Shown in pieces: positions 25,330-32,066 of a stretch of 32,066 nucleotides of DNA (positions within the stretch are counted from its first letter, which is position 1; every line of letters starts with the position of its first letter). Source of the DNA: a bacterium (lineage in GTDB: Bacteria; DUMJ01). The notes under the pieces are model-generated. The model made no database searches. It was not told the DNA's origin and worked only from the letters and a program-made list of their open reading frames with translations. The translations under genes were made by a program, and so were the position numbers. Where the stretch lies: contig JBMFMV010000014.1 in assembly GCA_049970495.1 (NCBI GenBank), positions 1 to 32,066 on the forward strand, in the 5' to 3' direction.

Positions 25330-26701
25330 ACGTAATAGAGTTCCTATGAGAGAACAGGACCCGAAAGAGCGAATTAGTAACTTTAATGAGGTTGCTCTAG
25401 GGTATAGTGAAGAGGAGGCATTATTAGAGGCTGACAGATGTCTGCAGTGTCCTAAGCCTAGATGTGTCGAAGGATGCCCTGTAGGGATAGATATCCCTGC
25501 CTTTATATCACTTATAAAAGAGAGAAGATATAGGGAAGCCTATAAGAAGATAAAAGAAAAAGATAGCCTTCCCGCTATTACAGGTAGGGTATGTCCTCAA
25601 GAGAACCAGTGTGAGAAGACCTGTGTATTGGCAAGAACAGGAGAACCTATAGCTATTGGTAGATTAGAACGATTTGTTGCTGATCACTGTGTAGAGGACA
25701 CACAGAAAATAGATAAAAAACCTCCTAATGGTAAGAGGGTTGCGGTAGTTGGGTCTGGTCCAGCTGGTCTTACAGTAAGTGCTGATCTGGCTAGACTTGG
25801 CTATTCGGTTACTCTTTTTGAGGCTTTGCACTTACCTGGCGGAGTATTAACATATGGAATCCCAGATTTTAGACTTCCTAAAGACATAATAAGAAGGGAA
25901 TTTGAATATGTAAAAGCTCTTGGGGTGGAATTTATTCCAAATGTAGTGGTAGGAAAGGCTATTTTCTTAGATGAGCTTTTAAAAGATTATGGAGCAGTAT
26001 TTATTGGTTCTGGAGCTGGTGCTCCTGTGTTTCTTAATGTTCCGGGAGAGAATCTATTGGGAATATTCTCTGCTAATGAATTCCTATCAAGGATAAATCT
26101 TATGAGAGCTCATCTTTTCCCTGAGTATGATACACCCCTTAAAGTAGGGAAGAAGGTCTTAGTGGTAGGTGGTGGTAATGTAGCTATGGATTCTGCAAGA
26201 GTCTCTAGAAGGCTTGGGGCAGAGGTCACAATCATATATAGAAGGTCTAGAGAAGAGCTTCCTGCTAGATTAGAGGAGATAAAGAGGGCAGAGGAGGAAG
26301 GAGTCAACTTTATCTTCCTTGCTACCCCTATAGTTTTTACTGGTAATAATGGTTGGGTTGACACTGTAGAATGCCAAGAGATGGAGTTAGGAGAGCCTGA
26401 TGAGAGTGGTAGAAGGTCACCTATCCCAAAGAAAGGGTCTACCTTTACTTTAAAGGTAGATACTGTTATAATTGCCATAGGTAATAGACCAAATCCAATT
26501 ATTTCTAAAACAACCCAGGGTTTAGAGATTGGTAGACATGGAGAGATCATCATAGACCCTGCAACTGGAAAGACATCTAAGATTGGGGTTTTTGCTGGCG
26601 GTGATATAGTTAGTGGTTCTGCCACTGTTATAGAGGCTATGGGTGCAGGCAGAAGGGCCGCAATGGCTATCCATAGGTATCTATTTAGTGGTGTCTGGTA
26701 G
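25322..26701 (+). CDS. nfnB: NfnB/SudA large subunit (GltD-like flavo-iron-sulfur protein)
   Basis: RCLQCPKPRCVEGCPV, GRVCPQENQCE, GSGPAG, YGIPDFRLPK, GGGNVAMD, YRR, FAGGD; overlaps nfnA. Confidence 0.9.
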   Translation: MPRRNRVPMREQDPKERISNFNEVALGYSEEEALLEADRCLQCPKPRCVEGCPVGIDIPAFISLIKERRYREAYKKIKEKDSLPAITGRVCPQENQCEKTCVLARTGEPIAIGRLERFVADHCVEDTQKIDKKPPNGKRVAVVGSGPAGLTVSADLARLGYSVTLFEALHLPGGVLTYGIPDFRLPKDIIRREFEYVKALGVEFIPNVVVGKAIFLDELLKDYGAVFIGSGAGAPVFLNVPGENLLGIFSANEFLSRINLMRAHLFPEYDTPLKVGKKVLVVGGGNVAMDSARVSRRLGAEVTIIYRRSREELPARLEEIKRAEEEGVNFIFLATPIVFTGNNGWVDTVECQEMELGEPDESGRRSPIPKKGSTFTLKVDTVIIAIGNRPNPIISKTTQGLEIGRHGEIIIDPATGKTSKIGVFAGGDIVSGSATVIEAMGAGRRAAMAIHRYLFSGVW

Positions 26702-26711
26702 TAATTAGTTC

Positions 26712-26741
26712 TTGAGAAAGAAGCTCCTTAAGTGGTAAAAT
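26712..26741 (+). promoter_or_regulatory. Sigma70-type promoter for the fmdB-RR-HK operon
   Basis: TTGAGA (26712-26717), 18 bp spacer ending TG-G, TAAAAT (26736-26741). Confidence 0.65.
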
Positions 26742-26777
26742 ATCTTTAGAAAATTTAGATGGGTGGAGGTGATGGTG

Positions 26778-27008
26778 ATGCCATTCTATGTATATAGATG
26801 TGAAGGTTGTGGCAGAGAATTAGAGGTATTTCAGAATATAAATGATAAGCCTCTACTGCAGTGTAGTGAATGTGGTGGAGTACTTAAAAGACTTATATTT
26901 CCACCCACAGTAATATTTAAAGGGACAGGTTTCTATTGTACAGATTATAGAAAGGGTAATCCTCCTAAGGAGGAAGAAAGTGGCAGAAAAGATTCTAATA
27001 GTGGATGA
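26778..27008 (+). CDS. FmdB family zinc-ribbon protein
   Basis: MPFYVYRCEGCG...CSECGG...IFKGTGFYCTDY. Start set at ATG 26778 after SD GGAGGTG. Confidence 0.88.
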   Translation: MPFYVYRCEGCGRELEVFQNINDKPLLQCSECGGVLKRLIFPPTVIFKGTGFYCTDYRKGNPPKEEESGRKDSNSG

Positions 27009-27669
27009 TGAGAAGCCGATTGTAGACTCTATAAAATATACCCTCTATAAAGAAGGATACGATGTGGTAGTCTCTTATGATGGTGAGGATGCTCTAGAGA
27101 AATTTAAGAAAGAGAATCCTGACCTTATTATACTAGATATTATGCTCCCAAAATTGAGTGGATTGGAGGTTTGCCGAATTATAAGGCGGACCTCCAACGT
27201 TCCAATAATAATGCTTACCGCAAAAGGGGAGGATATGGATAAGGTTATAGGATTAGAATTAGGTGCAGATGACTATGTCCCTAAGCCATTCAGTATGAGA
27301 GAGCTTGTTGCTAGGATAAAGGCAGTTCTGAGAAGGACAAAGCTTCCTGTAAATTTGGTAAAGACGAAGGAAAGGTTAGAGTTTGACGATGTAGTAATAG
27401 ATATAAAAGGTAGAATTGTTACAAAAAAGGGAGTTCAAGTAGACCTTTCACCTAAGGAGTTTGATCTATTAGTTACTCTAGCAGAAAATGAAGGGAGAGT
27501 CATGAGTAGAGAATACCTATTGAGTCATGTCTGGGGAGAAGACTTTTATGGTGATGATAGGACGGTAGATGTCCACATAAGATGGCTTAGAGAGAAATTA
27601 GAAGATGATCCTAGTAATCCTAAGTATATTCAGACTGTAAGGGGGATAGGGTATATATTAAGGTCTTGA
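26980..27669 (+). CDS. OmpR/PhoB family response regulator (PhoP/RegX3-like)
   Basis: ILIVDDE, LDIMLP, MLTAKG, GADDYVPKPF, RTVDVHIRWLREK, TVRGIGY. Confidence 0.93.
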   Translation: MAEKILIVDDEKPIVDSIKYTLYKEGYDVVVSYDGEDALEKFKKENPDLIILDIMLPKLSGLEVCRIIRRTSNVPIIMLTAKGEDMDKVIGLELGADDYVPKPFSMRELVARIKAVLRRTKLPVNLVKTKERLEFDDVVIDIKGRIVTKKGVQVDLSPKEFDLLVTLAENEGRVMSREYLLSHVWGEDFYGDDRTVDVHIRWLREKLEDDPSNPKYIQTVRGIGYILRS

Positions 27670-28985
27670 GGAGATTAACACTTAATTTTTTATTACCGGC
27701 TCTATTTTTATACATTGCTTTTTATCTACTGATACTTTCCCCTCTTCCCTATAAATATTTCATAGGGGCGTTTATACTTCTTCTTACTCTTATCTCTTAT
27801 TCCTTTATTTTTAGGAAGATAAAGTTACTCTTAGATAAAATATTATTCAATATTAAAGAATTGTCTTCTTCTAGCAATATCTCACCTATAGGGATTCCAG
27901 AGTTAGATGAGAGTATAAAGGAGATAAATGAGTATATCAATAAATTTAAAGAAGAGAATAAACTTTATACAAGGTTATTTCAGAGTATACAGGAGGGTGT
28001 TATAGTAGTAAACAAAAGTAAAGAGGTCCTAAGGATAAATCCTACCGCACTAAGATTATTGAACTTAGATCCGTCGGTAAGTCTTGAAGGGCATCCACTT
28101 ATAGAAGTCATATGGAATTATACGTTAGACGAGATGACGGGAAAAACTATAGAGAAAGGGGAGGCATTATCAGGAGAGATCTCATTTGATCACCTCAATA
28201 ATCGCATAATGGATGTAATGATCTCTCCTCTGTTTAACGAGAGGGGTGAGATAAGAGGGGCAATTATAGTTTTTACCGATGTGACAGATAAAAAGAGGTT
28301 AGAAAAGATTCGTCAAGATTTTATAAGTAACGTCTCTCATGAACTCAAAACCCCACTCACATCAATAAAGGCTATGGTGGAAGTTCTACTAGAAGGTGGA
28401 GCGGAAGATAGTAAGCTTAGGAAGGATTTTCTAGAGAATATAAATCAGGAGGTAGACCGTTTATCTAGGCTTGTAAATGATTTGCTTCTGCTTTCTAGGT
28501 TAGAATCCGATAAGGAATTCTTAAATCCTGTACCAACCGACTTTGTTACTCTTATTAATAGAGCGGTCTCTAGATTTCAACCTAGAGCTATGAAAGAAGG
28601 GCTTACCTTGTCTCTAGATATAAGGGGAGAAATCCCTCCTTTAAAAGTGGATGTGAACTATATAGATCAGGTTATAAGCAATCTTATAGACAATGCAATT
28701 AAATACACCCCTTCTGGAGGAAAGATAGATATAATAGTAGAAGACCTAGGAAAGGGAGTAAAGGTCTCTGTAAAAGATACTGGAATAGGGATTCCAAAGG
28801 AAGACCTTTCAAGGATATTTGAAAGATTTTATAGAGGAGACAAGTCAAGAAATCATAGCTTAGGAGGGGTAGGTCTTGGCTTATCCATAGTGAAACATAT
28901 AGTTGAAGCTCACAATGGAAGTGTCGGAGTAGAGAGTGAGATAGGAAAGGGAAGTACTTTCTATTTTATACTTCCAAAGGAATAG
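27666..28985 (+). CDS. PAS-domain sensor histidine kinase (PhoR-like)
   Basis: Two N-terminal TM segments, PAS region, SHELKTPLT, NLIDNAIKY, DTGIGI, FERFYR, GLGLSIV. Confidence 0.92.
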   Translation: MRRLTLNFLLPALFLYIAFYLLILSPLPYKYFIGAFILLLTLISYSFIFRKIKLLLDKILFNIKELSSSSNISPIGIPELDESIKEINEYINKFKEENKLYTRLFQSIQEGVIVVNKSKEVLRINPTALRLLNLDPSVSLEGHPLIEVIWNYTLDEMTGKTIEKGEALSGEISFDHLNNRIMDVMISPLFNERGEIRGAIIVFTDVTDKKRLEKIRQDFISNVSHELKTPLTSIKAMVEVLLEGGAEDSKLRKDFLENINQEVDRLSRLVNDLLLLSRLESDKEFLNPVPTDFVTLINRAVSRFQPRAMKEGLTLSLDIRGEIPPLKVDVNYIDQVISNLIDNAIKYTPSGGKIDIIVEDLGKGVKVSVKDTGIGIPKEDLSRIFERFYRGDKSRNHSLGGVGLGLSIVKHIVEAHNGSVGVESEIGKGSTFYFILPKE

Positions 28986-29544
28986 CGGAGAAAAGCTTTC
29001 TTAGCGCTTTTCCTCTATGACTTACTTCGTCTTTTTCCTCAGAAGAAATTTCTCCAAATGTCTTATTTAATTCCGGATAATAAAATATAGGGTCGTATCC
29101 AAATCCACTGCTTCCTCTAATCTCCTTTATTACGTATCCTTCACAAGTTTCTTGAGTTACATAAATGATATCTCTTTCGTCTATGAGACATACTGCGCAC
29201 ACAAATCTGGCTTTGAGTTTATCCTGTGCTATGTTTTTTATCTGAGCAAGGAGCCTTTCTATGTTGCTCTTGTAGCTTCCATCTTCTGAGAATCTAGCAG
29301 AAAATATACCCGGAGCCTTCCCTATGGCGTCTACCTCTAGTCCTGAGTCATCTGATAGTACTGGTGCCTTGAATTCTTTATAATACGCCCTGGCTTTTAA
29401 AATGGCATTCTCTATAAAGTCCCTACCTGTTTCTGACACTTTTATACTATAAGGGGCAGGACTTATCTCCACTTTATAGCCCTTTAATATTCTCTGAAAC
29501 TCTTTTACCTTATCTAGATTTGAAGTAGCCAATATTATCTTCAT
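28966..29544 (-). CDS. rdgB: Non-canonical purine NTP pyrophosphatase (dITP/XTP)
   Basis: ILATSN..KVKE, ENAILKA, DDSGL, PGIFSAR, GFGYDPIF, SHRGKAL. Confidence 0.95.
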   Translation of the reverse strand: MKIILATSNLDKVKEFQRILKGYKVEISPAPYSIKVSETGRDFIENAILKARAYYKEFKAPVLSDDSGLEVDAIGKAPGIFSARFSEDGSYKSNIERLLAQIKNIAQDKLKARFVCAVCLIDERDIIYVTQETCEGYVIKEIRGSSGFGYDPIFYYPELNKTFGEISSEEKDEVSHRGKALRKLFSAIPLEV

Positions 29545-30656
29545 GTGTAATTCAACCCGTAGTCTACAAGTGGAATTGGAAATAGGATATCTAAGACTTT
29601 CTTTATCCTTGGAAGTTGTTCTGGAACCTCTATCTTTTTTTCTATGGAACCGAAAATAAGAGCAGGTACATCTCTTTCCTCTATATATAAGCTTTCGTCT
29701 TTGAATCTTATTGTAACTGGAGGATTAAACTCTATAGTAAAGTCCTTATACTCTTCTCCTAGCATCCTACTAAAATAATTATCTAACTTCTTTAGGAACC
29801 CCTTTACATTTATTACCTTTATTGTGCCTGCAAATCCTCTATCTTCCCCTTTGATACCTAACTTTTCCATGATGTGTCTTATTTCAAGGTCAGAGCAGAG
29901 CACATCTAGTAATATAGAATCTTTGTTATATGTGTCTAGGATGGTAAACAGAGAATCTACTATAGCAGACCTTGACCCTCCGATCTCTTTTATATGTGGT
30001 ATTTCCTCCTGCTTCTTAGCTAACTGAATAGCTACGTAGCCTAAAGGGGTATTATTGTCTTCTATAATTAGTACCTCACCTGGCCTATTAACCACCATAC
30101 TACATCCAAGTAAAGTCTTCAACTCCTCATAAGACCTTAAGAATCTTACAGGCTCTAGTTCCATAAGTTTCAGAAGTTTAGAGATATCTTCCTGATTAAC
30201 CCTTTTTACTTTTAAGTTACTCCTTGAGAGTTTTGCCTTATCTATATGAAATGTCTTATACAGACCAGCATTTATTGCTCCAAGTCTTCTGTATAATCCT
30301 CTACCGCCAGATATAAGCATTATATCTACGCCCTCTTGGAGACTCTTTAATATACTGTCTTGCATAAGTAATGTGGCAAATCCTCTACCCCTATATTCAG
30401 GGTCAGTTGCTACAGACCCTATCATACAGACCTTTATCTTAGTTCCAAGTATTATTACATCTGAAAATAACATCCCTACAAGAGAGACTATTTTGTTATC
30501 CTCTTTTATAATTCTAAGATTCTCGCAATTTTGTTCAGAGAATAATAGGGGGTATTCTCTTCCCATATCACCCTCAATATTACTTCTAAAGACCCTATTG
30601 GATAATTTTACTATCTCCTCCAACTCTTCTATCCTTGCGCCTCTAGGTCCTTCCAT
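29541..30656 (-). CDS. GNAT family N-acetyltransferase (long, Eis-like architecture)
   Basis: IGSVATDPEYRGRGFATLLM acetyl-CoA motif, LYRRLG; 371 aa. Confidence 0.85.
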   Translation of the reverse strand: MEGPRGARIEELEEIVKLSNRVFRSNIEGDMGREYPLLFSEQNCENLRIIKEDNKIVSLVGMLFSDVIILGTKIKVCMIGSVATDPEYRGRGFATLLMQDSILKSLQEGVDIMLISGGRGLYRRLGAINAGLYKTFHIDKAKLSRSNLKVKRVNQEDISKLLKLMELEPVRFLRSYEELKTLLGCSMVVNRPGEVLIIEDNNTPLGYVAIQLAKKQEEIPHIKEIGGSRSAIVDSLFTILDTYNKDSILLDVLCSDLEIRHIMEKLGIKGEDRGFAGTIKVINVKGFLKKLDNYFSRMLGEEYKDFTIEFNPPVTIRFKDESLYIEERDVPALIFGSIEKKIEVPEQLPRIKKVLDILFPIPLVDYGLNYT

Positions 30657-30665
30657 CTCTTCCTC

Positions 30666-31703
30666 CTAGTCTATAGGTTTTAATAAAACTTTAAGCCCTT
30701 CCCTACTTTCTATTAGTTCAAAACCTTTTTGCCAGTCATCTATAGTAAGTTCATGAGTTATAAGTTTCTCCAGCTCTATAATCCTTTTATTCATAAGTAT
30801 GAGACATTTTTCCCATACATCCCAATTGTGACTAAATGTAAAGTTAACCGTCACTGCCTTAGAGATTAGAGGATCGAGAGAAAATCCTAAAGGAGCTGGT
30901 CCCCAACCTATCTTATTTATCTGTCCTGCTGGTCTTACTAGGTCCATGGCTAGTTTAAATGTTTCAGTTACTCCTGCAGAGTCTATAACTATATCTGCCC
31001 CATATCCATCCCTTGACTCTAAGGTGTATCTCTTTGCCTCTTCGGAGTCAGTAAATACCTCTGTAGCCCCAAAGCCTTTAGCTACTTCTAGACGTTTTTT
31101 ATCTTCAGGAGTCCCTATAACTATTATATCGCTAGCCCCCATAATGCTAGCAACTTTAGCAGAAAGAATTCCAATGGGTCCAGGTCCTATAACAGCTACT
31201 AAATCTCCTGGCTTTATGTTAGAATGTTTTACTAGAGAACTATAAGCCACGCAAAATGGTTCTGTCAATGCTGCTTCCTTAAGGCTTACGTTTTCAGGTA
31301 ACCTATGGAGGATTCTAGTGGGAACCTTTACATATTTTGCAAAGGCACCATCCACATGAAATCCATAACCCTTTCTTTCTCTGCATAGGTGATAGTTATT
31401 GGTCCTACACAGTATGCATTTACCGCAATAATCTGCATGAGTCTCAGCGGTGACTCTCTCTCCAACCTTGAAATCTTGCACATTTTCTCCTACTTCTTCT
31501 ATAATCCCAGAAAATTCATGACCTAGGATAACAGGAACATTTATCTTATAATTGACCCTATTATGATGCATATGTGGATCGCTACCGCATATTCCAGCAT
31601 ATGCTACTCTTACGAGAACATCATTTGGACCAATCCTAGGTATGGGAACATCCCTTAATTCTGTTGCCCCATCTTTAAGATCATACTTTACTACCGCCTT
31701 CAA
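30666..31703 (-). CDS. Zinc-dependent (MDR) sugar-alcohol/threonine dehydrogenase-like protein
   Basis: GICGSD, GHEFSG, CGKCILC...C structural zinc site, GPGPIG. TTG start after GGAGGTG. Confidence 0.9.
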   Translation of the reverse strand: MKAVVKYDLKDGATELRDVPIPRIGPNDVLVRVAYAGICGSDPHMHHNRVNYKINVPVILGHEFSGIIEEVGENVQDFKVGERVTAETHADYCGKCILCRTNNYHLCRERKGYGFHVDGAFAKYVKVPTRILHRLPENVSLKEAALTEPFCVAYSSLVKHSNIKPGDLVAVIGPGPIGILSAKVASIMGASDIIVIGTPEDKKRLEVAKGFGATEVFTDSEEAKRYTLESRDGYGADIVIDSAGVTETFKLAMDLVRPAGQINKIGWGPAPLGFSLDPLISKAVTVNFTFSHNWDVWEKCLILMNKRIIELEKLITHELTIDDWQKGFELIESREGLKVLLKPID

Positions 31704-31747
31704 GGTATCACCTCCAACTTAAACTAGAAGTATAAATGATTACACTA

Positions 31748-31756
31748 ATTATACCA
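31748..31756 (-). promoter_or_regulatory. Extended -10 promoter (TG-G-TATAAT) for the dehydrogenase operon
   Basis: Reverse complement of 31748-31756 is TGGTATAAT. Confidence 0.6.
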
Positions 31757-31788
31757 TAAACTCTTATAGTTAGATTGACTTATCCAGC

Positions 31789-31806
31789 TATAGGTCCAAA
31801 CCTATA
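31789..31806. promoter_or_regulatory. Palindromic operator candidate TATAGGT-CCAA-ACCTATA
   Basis: 7 bp inverted repeat lying between two divergent promoters. Confidence 0.5.
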
Positions 31807-31835
31807 TAGACTTTTGTAAAAACTTGTAGTATATT
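31807..31835 (+). promoter_or_regulatory. Sigma70-type promoter for the fucosidase
   Basis: TAGACT (31807-31812), 17 bp spacer, TATATT (31830-31835). Confidence 0.5.
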
Positions 31836-31869
31836 GTTATTAATAACTCTTTAGTAAAGGAGGTAAAAT

Positions 31870-32066
31870 ATGGAAGGACCATTTAAGCCAACATGGGAGT
31901 CTTTAGAGAACTATACAGTTCCAGAATGGTATCTAGATGCTAAGTTTGGTATTTTTATTCACTGGGGGGTATATTCTGTACCAGCATTTGGAAATGAATG
32001 GTACCCAAGAAATATGTATAGACAGGGGAGTAGAGAATTTGAGCATCATATAAAGACCTATGGACC
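31870..32066 (+). CDS. Alpha-L-fucosidase (GH29), N-terminal part, runs off the window edge
   Basis: Not in the ORF track; manual translation [50 protein letters not shown]... SD AAAGGAGG upstream. Confidence 0.93.
   Translation, partial: MEGPFKPTWESLENYTVPEWYLDAKFGIFIHWGVYSVPAFGNEWYPRNMYRQGSREFEHHIKTYG

Noticed and set aside
25322..26701. Glutamate synthase small subunit (gltD)
   Set aside because: No large subunit nearby, and coupling to an NfnA-type gene identifies NfnAB, a known system.
558..31245. Many short ORFs in the track antisense to or nested in longer genes (for example 558-920, 5825-6229, 7151-7501, 22262-22591, 26110-26625, 30946-31245)
   Set aside because: They lie within or overlap well-supported genes, have the S/I/P/L-rich composition of shadow frames and show no recognisable motifs.
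1..32066. CRISPR array, tRNA/rRNA, IS element, integrase or prophage
   Set aside because: No regularly spaced repeats, RNA-gene-like GC-rich blocks, transposase or phage proteins were seen by eye; a covariance-model scan was not run.

Overview
AT-rich, gene-dense bacterial chromosome segment, probably from an anaerobic thermophilic sugar fermenter (inferred from NfnAB, MNT-HEPN, a Thermotoga-like CE7 esterase and non-lipoprotein sugar-binding proteins; Dictyoglomus-like is a guess). The left ~21 kb is a carbohydrate island: a partial CE7 esterase; an orphan radical SAM/SPASM gene; an operon of LsrK-like kinase, GH42, AraD-like epimerase and MATE; then a DeoR-led locus built from an apparent ~5.9 kb tandem duplication (GH2a, SBPa, two permeases, secreted GH2b, SBPb) followed by a sulfatase, an MNT-HEPN pair and a truncated GH32. 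The right part holds a minus-strand operon (methyltransferase, sugar isomerase, nanE, EamA, Nudix), nfnAB, an FmdB-like/response regulator/kinase operon, an ADH-GNAT-rdgB operon and a partial GH29 fucosidase. The best leads are: (1) the duplicated GH2/SBP/sulfatase system, with a 218 bp perfectly identical tract between otherwise diverged GH2 paralogs; (2) an LsrK-like kinase without any lsr genes, paired with a pentulose-5-phosphate 4-epimerase; (3) an orphan SPASM radical SAM enzyme. No rRNA, tRNA, CRISPR array or transposase was seen. All calls come from motif recognition by eye; no searches were run.
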